This document shows positions 9,780 to 20,767 of a DNA stretch of 64,000 bases, in pieces (position 1 is the first letter of the stretch; every line of letters begins with the position of its first letter). The stretch spans positions 96,001 to 160,000 of the forward strand of contig CAWCRS010000008.1 of assembly GCA_963798085.1 (NCBI GenBank), given 5' to 3'. This DNA is from an uncultured Gemmatimonadales bacterium. Its GTDB lineage: Bacteria > Gemmatimonadota > Gemmatimonadetes > Longimicrobiales > RSA9. The notes under the pieces were generated by a model. It had not been told where the DNA came from and did no database searches. It saw only the letters and a program-made list of their open reading frames with translations. A program made the translations under genes and the position numbers.

Positions 9780-12193
9780 ATGTCGAGGCTCATCCAGGAT
9801 GCCAGGTACGGGTTCCGCATGCTGATCCGGACGCCTGTGGTCTCCGGGGTCGCCGTGGTATCCCTGGCTCTGGGCATTGCCGCCGCCACGGCCATGTTCT
9901 CCCTGGCCAGCGCCTTCTTCCTCGAGCCCCTGCCTTTCGGCGATCAGAACGGGATGGTCCTCATCCGCCAGGCGCACCCGGGCGACGGTCAGGACCAAGC
10001 CACCGGCCTGTCCATGCCCAACATGCGGGATCTGGAACAGGCATCGTCGGCATTCACCGGGCTCACCACCTTCACCACTGATAACACCAATGTTACCGGG
10101 CTGGATCAGCCCGAGCAGATCCAGGTGATGAGCGCCACGCCCAACTTCTACGATGTGCTGCACATCCAGCCGTGGATCGGCCGCGGCTTCCGGAAGGACG
10201 AAGGCGTCGAAGGTAGCGGGCGCGTACTGGTTCTCTGCACGCCTGGTGGAAGCGCCGTTTCCTTTCCGACCCGGGTGCAGTGGGCCGCACGCTCAATCTG
10301 GACGGGCAGCCCTACACGATCATCGGCGTCATGCCCGAGACCTTCGAGATGGTGCCGGCCGACGTGCAGGCGTTCCGGCCCACCAATTTCGCGGCCGACC
10401 AGGACCGCGCCACGCACAATTACATGGTGCTCGGGCGCCTTCGTCCGGGCGCCACACTCACGCAGGCGAATGCAGAGGTGAGCAGCGCCTTCCGCCGGCT
10501 GGCAGCGGAGTTCCCCGATGCGAACAGCAACTGGACCGTGCTGGTGCAGCCGGCCCGTTCCTTCTTCCCCGGCCCGACGGACACCAGGCTCGTCCTGCTG
10601 CTGCTGGTAGTGGCGCTCTTCGGCGTCGCCATTGCCTGCGCCAATGTCGCTAACCTGATGTTGGCGCGCGCCGAGCTGCGCCTGAAGGAAATGGCCGTGC
10701 GCACGGCGCTGGGCGCGCGCCGCGGGCGCCTGCTCGCACAGCTGCTGACCGAGAGCGTGCTGCTGTCACTCATGGCCGGCGCGCTGGGTACCGTCTTCGC
10801 CACCTATGCGATCCGCGGCCTGCGCGCGTCCATGCCACCCGTGCTGCCACACTCGTTCTGGCCCAGGCTCGACATACCGACAATGCTGGCGACGACGCTC
10901 GTCGCCATGCTCACCGGAATCCTGTTCGGACTGGCGCCCGCACTGCACGCCACCAGGAGCGGATTGCGCGAAGCCATGGGCGACAACAGTCGGGGCGGCA
11001 CCGCGAGCCGCAACCGGAAGCGCATCCGCAATGCCTTCGTCATCGGCGAGATCGCCATTGCGCTCGGACTGCTCACGGGCGCGGGATTCCTCATGAAGGC
11101 CATGGACACGGTCATCAACGCGGATCCGGGCTTCAATCCGCACGGGCTGCTGACATTGCAGATGACGTTGCCCGAGTACCGCTACCGCAACGATTCGGAA
11201 CTGGGCCGCTTCCAGGACGAGGCCGTCCGCCGGCTGACCGGGATTCCGGGCGTGAGCGGCGTCGCCCTGATGAGTATGCTGCCGCGCAGCATGTCGAACT
11301 CGAGGACGACGTTCCACATAGCGGGCACACCCGTTGTCGAGGCCAACAAGCTGCCCGGCTCCTACTGGGAAACGGTCAACCCGGACTTCTTCCCCACACT
11401 CGGCATCCCCTTGGAGGCCGGGCGCCTCTTCAACGCATCGGACCGCGCGGACTCGAGGCCCGTGATCGTCGTGAGCCGGGGATTCGCCAACCGCTGGCTC
11501 ACGGGCGGTCCGGCGCTCGGGCAGCGCATCGAGGTCTTCGGCGTGGAGCGGGAAGTGGTGGGCATCGTCGGCGACATCATGCAGACGCGCGTTCCGCTGG
11601 GGCCGGAAGACAAGACGGCGATCTACATCGCGGCTGCGCAGCGGCCACCGCGTAATCCCGCGTTTGCCCTGCGCGTGAGCGGCGATCCAGCGACGCTCGC
11701 GGCCCAGGTGCGAAGCGCCATCGCGCAGATCGATCCGGACGAGCCGGTCGCCGATATCCGTACGCTGGACGACCACATCAGCGAAGCGCTGGGCGGGCCA
11801 CGCGCCATCGGCGTCTTCGTCCTCGCGCTCGGCACCCTTGCCATGGTGCTCGCCGCCATCGGCATTTACGGCGTCATGGCGCACAGTGTGGTGCAGGCGA
11901 AGCGTGAGATCGGCATTCGCGTGGCTCTGGGCGCCAGACAGGGTCAGGTCGTGGGCATGGTTGCGCGGCGGGGCATGGTGCTGGCTGGCGTGGGCCTGCT
12001 GCTGGGACTGCCCATCGCGATTCTCGTACATCGCGCCGTGGTCAGCTCACTGAACATCTTCGCCATCAATCTGTCGCCCGCCTATGCGCTGATCATGGCC
12101 GGAATGCTCGTGACAGTTGCGGTTTTCGCGAGCTGGCTGCCGGCGCGCCGCGCCGCACGCATCCAGCCTGTGCAGGCACTGCAGGCCGAATAG
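9780..12193 (+). CDS. ADOP-type duplicated ABC permease, one frameshift near 10235
   Basis: GGGAGG RBS; QDARYGFRML..SLALGI; IACANVANLML; EIGIRVALGA; PARRAARIQP. Confidence 0.88.
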
Positions 12194-12295
12194 CCACGCA
12201 TTGCGGTCACATTGCAGCGCCGCCGCGCGTTGCCAGAGGGCGTACCGGAGATGCCGGCGCGCCCTCCTCCTTCTACAGTCAAGGAGCGCGGCCTC

Positions 12296-12802
12296 ATGCG
12301 CATCCACCGATTCGCGACACTGCTGCTGCTGGGATGCGCTCTTGCCTGTTCGCAGGATGCGACTGCGCCGGATCCAGCGAAGCTCACCTACGATCCGTCG
12401 CTGGGCATCGATATCACGCAGATGACGCACACGGCCAGCGGCCTGTACTACCAGGACGTGACCGTGGGCAGCGGCACCGCAGCCAGTGCGGGCAGCACCG
12501 TGCACGCGCTGTACAGCGGCTGGCTGCATGACGGCACGCTGTTCGGCGCCGCCGAGGATCCCAACGACCCGCTCATCTTCCGGCTGGGTGTGGGCGAGGT
12601 GATCAAGGGCTGGGATGAAGGTGTGGCAGGCATGCGCGAAGGTGGTGAGCGCAAACTCGTGATTCCGCCTGCACTCGGTTACGGCAACCGCGCCAACGGA
12701 CCGATTCCGGCAAATTCCACACTGGTGTTCCGCATCCAGATCATCAGCGTGCAGCTACCGATGCGCGCCCCCAATGTCGGGATACATTGTGGCGGCGGGT
12801 AA
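12296..12802 (+). CDS. FKBP-type peptidyl-prolyl cis-trans isomerase (lipoprotein)
   Basis: AAGGAG RBS; lipobox ALAC; YSGWLHDGTLF, VIKGWDEGVAGM, LVIPPALGYG, IPANSTLVF. Confidence 0.92.
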   Translation: MRIHRFATLLLLGCALACSQDATAPDPAKLTYDPSLGIDITQMTHTASGLYYQDVTVGSGTAASAGSTVHALYSGWLHDGTLFGAAEDPNDPLIFRLGVGEVIKGWDEGVAGMREGGERKLVIPPALGYGNRANGPIPANSTLVFRIQIISVQLPMRAPNVGIHCGGG

Positions 12803-13874
12803 GTCACTGCCCTCGAGTTCACGCGCGCACCACGCGAGAATGCGACCGCGCAGGTCGGCGGGCACGTCCTTGTGTCGATCGGCGGTGCCGCGCACGAACA
12901 GCTCGGCATTGGTCTGCAGCAGGTGCGGCGGGTTCATCTCGAAGGCGTCCTTGTGCCGCTGCATGTAATCGAAGCCGGTCTTCTCGACGATGCTCGCGAC
13001 CTCCGCATCCGTGAGCGGCTGCATGCCCAGGAAATCAGCGACCCGGCGCACGGTGCCGGGCAGGTCACGCTTCATTTCCTCGAAGTACACAAACAGAACG
13101 TTAGTGCCGGACGTGGACCGCTGCCACCAGCCCCTGACATGGTCCGGCCAGGTGCCCCACCACATCAGCTCGGGTGAACAGAACCACGCCTCGACCTCGG
13201 ACAGCGGCGGCGCCGCCGCGCCAATGTTGGTGGCCACGAAATCGACGCAGCTGGCGAAGCACGATACCGGATGGCGTGCCACATACACGTACTTCGACTC
13301 CGGGCTGAACGGGCACAGCTGCGCGGGCAGATGCGTCTTGATGATGCGAGAAGGGCGTTCGCTGCCGATGAGTGGCGCCTGCTCGATGGGTACGCTCTTC
13401 AACGCCTCGATCCACGGCGAAATCGCGTACATCGTCCTGCCCGTGTCCACAATGTCGCCGTGACCGCGCTGCAGAACCTCGTACACGACGTGCTGCATCC
13501 AGGTCGTGCCGCACTTCATTCTGCGTGGCCACAAAGATGTCTTCCGGGCGCGCGTGGTACTCGTCCGCGCGGGCGAAACTCGCCGCACTGCAGGTGCCGC
13601 GCGGGCCCGCGATTCCCTTGTGGTGAAAACTCCCCTTGGCAAACGTGAAGGACGAGAAGCGCCCGATCAGCCGCAGGATCGGAAAGAGGATGCGAGCCTG
13701 ACGACGAAGGGTCGCCTTGAACTGCTCCCGTTCCGCCGGCGAGAGACCGTAATAGCCCAGTCCGTTCGTCTTCTGGTCACCCCACGTCAGCACCACCGAC
13801 AGATAGATCAGCTGGCCGAACAGGAACACCACCACGGCCGCAGCCGCGATCAGAATCCATTTCACGACACCCAT
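12755..13874 (-). CDS. PAPS-dependent sulfotransferase (Sulfotransfer_1-like) with N-terminal membrane anchor, frameshift near 13520
   Basis: EDIFVATQ/MKCGTTW (5'-PSB loop), IIKTHLP, YVARHP..S, YFEEMKRD; hydrophobic N-terminus MGVVKWILIAAAAVVVFLFG. Confidence 0.85.
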
Positions 13875-14014
13875 GCGCTCGCCCCTCGACAGTCGCTGCG
13901 ATGGCGCAAGCATAGACGTCCCGCACCGCGCCCGGCAAGCACCACGCAGTGGCCGCACACACCCGCGACACGGCGCGGCCCCGCCTGCCCGCCGCAGATG
14001 CGCCTTGCCGTACT

Positions 14015-14045
14015 ACTGTCGATATGATACTATCATGTTGACAGT
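14015..14045. promoter_or_regulatory. AT-rich imperfect palindrome, putative PadR-type operator
   Basis: ACTGTCGATATGATACTATCATGTTGACAGT. Contains ATACTATCATG, which is also found upstream of padR at 63935-63945 (minus strand). Confidence 0.5.
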
Positions 14046-14098
14046 GCCGGGCCGCCCACCAGCGCAACGCTGCCACCATGCAGCAGGGAGCATGCTCG

Positions 14099-16786
14099 AT
14101 GATGCGGGTCTATCGCTGGCTGCTTCGCCTGTTCCCGCGCGAATTCCGCGACACGTTCGGCGCCGACATGGAAGCGCTGTTGCGCGAGCAGCTGCGTGCG
14201 GCCGGTGTTTCGCGCAGGCGACGGGCGCGGGTCTGGGTGGGCGGCGTGCTGGACGTGGTCACGCAGGGATGGGCGGAGCAGCGGCGACGTCGGGCAGCAG
14301 GCTCACGCCGGGCGGGTGCGCTGATACAGGATGCGCGCCTGGCCGTGCGTTCGCTGCGCCGCACGCCCGGTTTTGCGGCGGTGTCACTGCTGACGTTGAT
14401 GCTGGGCACGGGCGCGACTGCTGCCGTGTTCAGCGTCGTGAATGCGCTGTTGCTGCGGCCGCTTCCGTTCCCGCAGCCCGGGCGGCTGGTGGCGGTGTGG
14501 CCCGAGAAGGGTTTTAACGCGGTACTCGTGCACCGGCTGGCGCAGCGGCTGCCGGCGCTCCAGGCGGTGGCGGGCGTGGGCGGGTACACGCTGACGCTCG
14601 CCGGTGACCGTGGCGTGGAGCCGCGCCAGATCAACGCGCTCCTGGTAACACCGAATTATCTGGACGTGCTGGGTGTGCGACCGGTGCTGGGCCGTGGCTT
14701 CGCGCCGGGGGAGGACGGGATCGGCAGTTCCGGCGTGGTGCTCCTGAGCTACGAGCTGTGGCTCGGGCGGTTCGGCGGGGACCGGGGTGTGCTGGGCCGC
14801 GAGATCGCGCTGGCGGGCGCCGATCACGAGACCCGCGTCGTAATCGGTGTGCTGCCGCCGCTGCCGCGCGCCGTGGGAGGCACGGGCGACGTGTGGGTGC
14901 CGCTGCAACCGCGCGCGTCGCTGACGGTGGCGGACGGGTCGCAGAGCTGGGTTCCGCTCGATCCCGGGACGGCGGCGTACGCGGCGGACGGGTCGTACTG
15001 GGTCAATCTCTGCATCGGCCGTCTGGCGCCCGGAGCGACGCGCGAGCAGGCGACGGCGCAGCTGCGCGCCGCGGCGGCGGCACTGCAGCGGGAGTCGCCG
15101 ACGCTGGTGCGCGATGAGGAAGTACGCACGGCGAGTGTGCGGGACCTGCGCTCGGCGCTGACTGCCGACACGCGACCGGCGCTCTGGGTGCTTTTCGGCG
15201 CTGTGGGTCTGGTACTGCTGATCGGCTGCGCCAACCTCGCGAATCTCATGCTGGCGCGGGGTGAGGCTCGTCAGCGCGAGCTGTCGTTGCGGGGCGCGCT
15301 GGGCGCCGGCCGTGGTCGCATCATCGGCATGCTGCTGACCGAGGCGCTGGTGCTGTCGCTGGCCGGTGGCGCAGCCGGCCTGGTGCTGGCCCGGGTGCTG
15401 CTGCGCGTGATCACGCTGCTGGCGCCACCGCAGCTGGGCACTCTCGACGGCGTGGCGATCAATGGCGGCGTGCTGACATTCGCGTTCGCGGTGTCCGTCG
15501 GCGCCGCGCTCCTCTTCGGTACTGTGCCGGCGGTGCGGGCGGGCCGCTTGCCGGCGGGTGCCACGCTGCGTCAGGGCGGCCGGGGCACACTGGGGATGAG
15601 CCGGAAGGGCGCGGTCAGTCGCACGCTGGTCGCACTCGAGCTTGCGCTCGCCATCGTCGTGGTGGTTGCTTCGCTGCTGATGGTGCGCAGCCTGCGCCAG
15701 CTCTGGGCCGTGGACCCGGGTTTCCGCGCGGATCGTGTGCTGGTGATGCGGCCGAGTCCTGCGGAATCATCGGCGCCCAACGCTGCGGCGTATCTGCGCT
15801 TCTACGACCGCGTGCTGGAGCGTGTGCGCGCACTGCCCGGCGTCGAGACCGCAGCCGCGATTCAGGTGCTGCCCGCGACCGGCTCGGGCTGGCAATTCCC
15901 CACCTTCGTGGAGGGGCAGGAGACACCTGCTGGCACACCGCCGCCCGCTTACAGCTTCCGGGTGATCACGCCTGATTACTTCACTGTCCTGGACATTCCC
16001 CTGCTGGGGGGCCGCACCATTGCGTCGGGTGACCGCGCCGGCACGGACCGGGTCATGGTGGTGAACCACGCGTTAGCGACACTGCTGTGGCCGGGCCAGG
16101 ACGCCATCGGGCGCAGGATCCGCATGTTCGATCGGACCGGTGCGCCCTTCACCGTGGTGGGCGTCGTGGGGGACACGCGGCAGCGACTGAACCGCCCCGC
16201 CGAGCCGGAGCTGTACGTGGCGCTGGCCCAGATCGGCTGGGAAGTGACCATGAACCTTGTGCTGCGCACCCGTCCGGCGGATCCCATGACACTGGCGCCG
16301 GCGGCGCGTGCCACGGTGTGGTCCATCGACCCGCAGGTGCCCATTACTCAGCTGGGAGCACTGCGCGATGTGGTCGGCAGGGGCACGGCGAACACGCGTT
16401 TCCTGACACTGCTGTTAGCGGCGTTCGGCGGACTGGCGCTGCTGCTGGGCGCCATCGGTGTCTATGGCGTGACCGCGTACACCGTGGCCCGGCGCATTCC
16501 CGAGTTCGGCGTGCGCATGGCGCTGGGGGCAGGGCCTGCGGCTGTCATGGGATCGTCGCTGCGGAGCAGCATGCCACCCGTGTTCGCAGGCCTGGCGCTG
16601 GGCCTGATCGGCGGGCTCGTGGGCGGCCGGCTGCTGCGCGACATGCTGTTCGGCGTGGACGCGCACGACCCACTCACGTTCCTGGCTGTGACGCTGGCAC
16701 TGCTGGCTGTGGCGATGCTCGCGATCCTGGTCCCGGCGAGGCGGGCCACACGTGTCGATCCCGCCAGCATCCTGCGGGGCAACTGA
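14099..16786 (+). CDS. ADOP-type duplicated ABC permease with N-terminal prefix extension
   Basis: Prefix [63 protein letters not shown]. Confidence 0.9.
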   Translation: MMRVYRWLLRLFPREFRDTFGADMEALLREQLRAAGVSRRRRARVWVGGVLDVVTQGWAEQRRRRAAGSRRAGALIQDARLAVRSLRRTPGFAAVSLLTLMLGTGATAAVFSVVNALLLRPLPFPQPGRLVAVWPEKGFNAVLVHRLAQRLPALQAVAGVGGYTLTLAGDRGVEPRQINALLVTPNYLDVLGVRPVLGRGFAPGEDGIGSSGVVLLSYELWLGRFGGDRGVLGREIALAGADHETRVVIGVLPPLPRAVGGTGDVWVPLQPRASLTVADGSQSWVPLDPGTAAYAADGSYWVNLCIGRLAPGATREQATAQLRAAAAALQRESPTLVRDEEVRTASVRDLRSALTADTRPALWVLFGAVGLVLLIGCANLANLMLARGEARQRELSLRGALGAGRGRIIGMLLTEALVLSLAGGAAGLVLARVLLRVITLLAPPQLGTLDGVAINGGVLTFAFAVSVGAALLFGTVPAVRAGRLPAGATLRQGGRGTLGMSRKGAVSRTLVALELALAIVVVVASLLMVRSLRQLWAVDPGFRADRVLVMRPSPAESSAPNAAAYLRFYDRVLERVRALPGVETAAAIQVLPATGSGWQFPTFVEGQETPAGTPPPAYSFRVITPDYFTVLDIPLLGGRTIASGDRAGTDRVMVVNHALATLLWPGQDAIGRRIRMFDRTGAPFTVVGVVGDTRQRLNRPAEPELYVALAQIGWEVTMNLVLRTRPADPMTLAPAARATVWSIDPQVPITQLGALRDVVGRGTANTRFLTLLLAAFGGLALLLGAIGVYGVTAYTVARRIPEFGVRMALGAGPAAVMGSSLRSSMPPVFAGLALGLIGGLVGGRLLRDMLFGVDAHDPLTFLAVTLALLAVAMLAILVPARRATRVDPASILRGN

Positions 16787-16798
16787 TCGCTTGCGAAT

Positions 16799-18107
16799 TC
16801 AGCCGATCAGCGTCGCGGGCCGCGTGCGGCCGTGCTGTACCGCGAAACGGATGGCCTCCCAGTCGGCCATGCCGAACCAGAAGATGGTCCAGCGATCATC
16901 CTTCACGGCGCCATCGCAGTTCGCGAAGTAGAATTCGTTGATCGCATTGCCTCTACGGGAACGCCAGAAGAGCTGCGGGTTCTCCGGTCGCATCACCTGC
17001 CAGAATGGCTCGCCCGAGGCCTTCGCCCTGTGCGTCGTCCGCCACGACGAACTTGTCCATCCACGTCAGCTTCCCTTCGCGCGTGAGCACGATCGCGGCG
17101 CGATAATGCTCGCTCAGGTAGACGCGGAACGGCCGTGTCGTTTCGAAGTAATCCTGTGTCAGGGGCCGGCCGAAGCTCGACTGCACGAGCGTACGCAGGC
17201 GCTCCCGGTCAATGCGCTTCCACAATGGGTAGCGACGAATGCGTTCGCCCCGGCGGACCAGTGTGCCCGAGCCGCGGTGCGTGAAGAGCTCCTTCGCCAT
17301 TTCGTCGGGACGGGTGATGGACAGCGAGCTGGAGGGCGGCAGCTGCATCAGCAGGGCATGAATCTGCTCGATCTCCCGGCGCATGCCGGGCTGCAGCCAC
17401 GGCTGGCGGATCAGCTCATCGTACTCGGTACTGAGGTTGATGGAATCGATCACGCGCTCGCGATCATCGAGCAGGCCACCGGTCGGCGTCAGGAAAATGA
17501 TCTTGTAGGGCTGCAGCCGCCTGACCAGCTCGTGCGTCGCGGAGTCGACACTGACATCGAGGATCTGCCCGCCTGCGGTTTCGCCCAGCGAGGCCAGCAC
17601 CGGAATCGAGCCCACCGCGATGGCCGCTTCAATGCCGGACGTGTGCACACGGACGACGCGACCGCACAGGCCGTGGCGACCGCCCGTGAGGAGGTCCGCC
17701 TCGAATACACCGGAGGGAATCGACGTCGCGCGCACGCCCTCGGCCTGCAGTGCCTCGACCAGCCGCAGGTTTTCCAGCTGCAGCACGCGTCGCACCACCG
17801 CGAGCGCGGCGGCACTCGTGTACGGAGTTCCGGCGACGCTGCGCCTCCGGATGCCGGCGGCCGTCAATTCCTCGTCGAGACGCGGCCCCGCGCCATGCAC
17901 GACGATCGGTGTCAGTCCCACCTGCTGCAGGAAGGCGAGCGAAGAGACGAGCGGATCCAGCTCATCGCGCAGGATCGCGCCACCCGCCTTCACCACCGCG
18001 AAGCGCGCGGCGTCGATCTGCGAGAAGCGCTTCAGATAGAGCTGGATCTCGCGCGTGCTGCCCATGTTCGAGAGCAGGCGCACAATGGTGGGACGCATGT
18101 TGGTCAT
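16799..18107 (-). CDS. argB: Acetylglutamate kinase with C-terminal NAT (DUF619) domain (bifunctional NAGS/K type), frameshift near 16995
   Basis: [52 protein letters not shown]; continues as LFWRSR..N.INEFYF in the 16799-16996 ORF. Confidence 0.85.
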
Positions 18108-18120
18108 GGCGCGGACACCC

Positions 18121-19183
18121 TCATCGGCAGCGACCCTGCTTCACGCCATGGATCAGCTCATCCTGCGACAGGATCTGTGGGCGCGGCAGCATGAGCGCGG
18201 GGAAATAGTGCCGCGTATAGATACGCACCATCAGACTGTCACGCGTCCGGCCGAACGTCAGCACCTCGATGTGCTCCACGCGATCGGGCAGCATGTTGTC
18301 CAGCCGCTCGTCGCCTGTGAACGGCGGCCCCTCGTCGATGACGAAGCAGCCGACGCGCTTCAGGCGGGTGCCCAGATACTCCTTGAGTACGTCGCGCACC
18401 GTCCGGTTCACGTTGATGAGCAGCTGCTCGCGGGTGATCACGGGTGTTGACGGATCGCTGCGCTGCGCCGAGCGCGCCGTCAGCCTTGCCTTGGCGTCCG
18501 CGATCAGACGGTTGGCAATGGGGTCGAGCTTCGAGCGCGATGCGCAGAATCGTGTCATTCTCGGCCACGACGGCCAGCGACCGGGGCTTGTAGCCGAGAT
18601 CGCTGATCTGCAGCACGAACGGCACATTCGCCGGCACTTCCTTGAAACGGAAACGCCCCGAGACATTGGTACGCTGCGGCTTGCCGGGCGGTTTTGCGAC
18701 CACCACATCGAGCAGCTCGCGGCCCGTCTCCGCGTCGGTGATCACGCCGCTGACCGACACCTTCGCTGCCTGCACGTTCACGGTATCGAGTGCGACGGGC
18801 GCAGGCTCGAGCGCGATGGTCAGCGTGGTGTCACGGTGCACGAGAAAATCGACCTCCTCGTCCTTCCATCCCAGCGCGTGTACGACGATGGTGTAGCGAC
18901 CCGCCGGCACGTCGTCGAACCGGAACTGCCCGTCACTGCCCGTCAGCACCGTCAGCAGGCCGCGCAACTCGACACTTGCGCCGGCAATGCGACCGCCTGT
19001 CCGCTGCTCTGTCACCGTGCCCTGTACCGTGTACTGCTGCGCGGCAGCGCTCGCCGCGGTCACAGCCGTGGTGACGAGGCTCAGCCCGAGCGCCACGCCA
19101 ATACGCGTGAGACTTGTTTCGCGCACCACGGCACGCGACGCGGCGACTCCGCAGGAAGTCCTCCGCGCGGGGGTGCAGGCCAT
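18121..19183 (-). CDS. Secreted protein with two carboxypeptidase-regulatory-like beta-sandwich domains and a plug-like C-terminus, frameshift near 18525
   Basis: Signal ..[38 protein letters not shown] repeated as [20 protein letters not shown]-terminal [22 protein letters not shown]. Confidence 0.7.
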
Positions 19184-19333
19184 GACTCCACCATCTCTCT
19201 GATTCGAGGCCTCGCGGACAGCGAAAGGTTCGGCAACGGGCGCCTGCTCGCAAGGGCAGCGAAGCGGTGAAGCGCCGCATCGCCGCGATGAACGGATCAA
19301 GCCGGGCGGTGGCGCGCAGTGCGCCGCACGCAT

Positions 19334-20554
19334 TCAGGAGTGCGGCCGCAGCGCGTCCAGTGGCAGGAAGGTGCCGTCATCGACGTGGCCATCCTTCACG
19401 TGGTACACGGTGATGCCGGAGCGGAGCCCCATCGGTCCTCCGCTCGTGGGAGGATCCGTCACCGCCGCAGTCTGGTAGAAGCGGCGCGTGCCGACGGCCG
19501 TCTCGTAACGGAGCATCTCGCGACAATGCATGTGGCCGCCCAGCGCGATTTCGAGATGGCCGCCCACCACCGCCAGCACATCCTGCACATTGCTCACAGT
19601 GTGGCGGAAGTAGGTGTGGCCATTGACGCGGATGGTCGTCGGCGCCGGACCATCCTCATTGAAGCCGTTGAGCTGGTCGTTCGCGCTGAGCAGGGGGATG
19701 TGGTTGAAGGTGACGACGGGCCGGTCGGGCGGCAGCCGCGCCAGATCACGCTCGAGCCACGCCAGCTGCACACTGTCGACATGGCCGTGATACCAGAGAT
19801 CCTCGTAGTCCTGCGTGTCCAGCCCGACGAAGTGCACGCCGCCAAAGTCGAACGCGTAGTAGTCCGGCCCGAAACGGGACCGGTACATGCGCTTGCCATA
19901 CAGCGGATGGGACGCGCTGACCAGAGAGCGCTGCCGTTCAATGCCGAAGATGTCGTGATTGCCGGGCACGGTGTGCACGGGCATGCGGAAGCCGGCCAGC
20001 TCGTGCGCCACCATGTCGAAATAGCCGGTCGCCTGGGCCTCACCCACACGCAGCGCGTCGCGCACCAGGTCACCCGTGATGAGCACGAACGCAGGCGAGA
20101 TCGAGTCCACCATGTGCTCCATGCGCCGCATGCGGGGAAGGTCGGCCGAGTCGAGGTGCGTGTCCGAAGCGTGCACGAAGGTGAACTCGCGCGGTGCGGG
20201 TGCCCGGGTCACTGCAAACGACATGTTAGAGCCAGGCTCGGCGCGCCGCCAGAAAGAGCCGCGCAGAGCGTAGCCATCGGGCTGCTCGATGAAGACGACG
20301 CCGTACCCCTGCGCGTCCATGGCGAACCGGCCGGCGGCATCCGTGCTCACGACCGAGACCTGATCCGACACGGCGACGCCCGCCAGACCTGCCTCGCCGG
20401 GATCACGCACACCATTGCCATTGCCGTCCACAAAGACCTCGCCGGTCACATGAGCCGGCTGGCGCACACGCTCCGCAAGCTGCGCACGGAGCGGCGCTGC
20501 AAGGCAAACGAGCCCGATGAGGAGAGGTCCCGGAGTCATTGTCTTCATGGTCAT
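19334..20554 (-). CDS. Secreted calcineurin-like metallophosphoesterase with N-terminal beta-sandwich domain
   Basis: DTH, ITGDLV, PGNHD, FNHIP, GGHMH motifs; N-terminal VFVDGNGNGVRDPGEAGLAGVAVSD. Confidence 0.9.
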   Translation of the reverse strand: MTMKTMTPGPLLIGLVCLAAPLRAQLAERVRQPAHVTGEVFVDGNGNGVRDPGEAGLAGVAVSDQVSVVSTDAAGRFAMDAQGYGVVFIEQPDGYALRGSFWRRAEPGSNMSFAVTRAPAPREFTFVHASDTHLDSADLPRMRRMEHMVDSISPAFVLITGDLVRDALRVGEAQATGYFDMVAHELAGFRMPVHTVPGNHDIFGIERQRSLVSASHPLYGKRMYRSRFGPDYYAFDFGGVHFVGLDTQDYEDLWYHGHVDSVQLAWLERDLARLPPDRPVVTFNHIPLLSANDQLNGFNEDGPAPTTIRVNGHTYFRHTVSNVQDVLAVVGGHLEIALGGHMHCREMLRYETAVGTRRFYQTAAVTDPPTSGGPMGLRSGITVYHVKDGHVDDGTFLPLDALRPHS

Positions 20555-20767
20555 CCCGCTGTCAGGTAACAGGACAGTCGAAACCGTCCGCCCGCTCATT
20601 CCCGATCGTAATGCGGCCCGGCCCGAAAAGCATGCGTCGCGGGGCGGTCCGTGCGCCATACCCTCCCGGGTTGCCCTCTGCGGGGGTGAGGACTCGTGCG
20701 AACACGCATTCTCTCGCGTCATCGGCGGGCGGGGAGGGGCCGGAGGAACGGATAACGGCAACGGACA

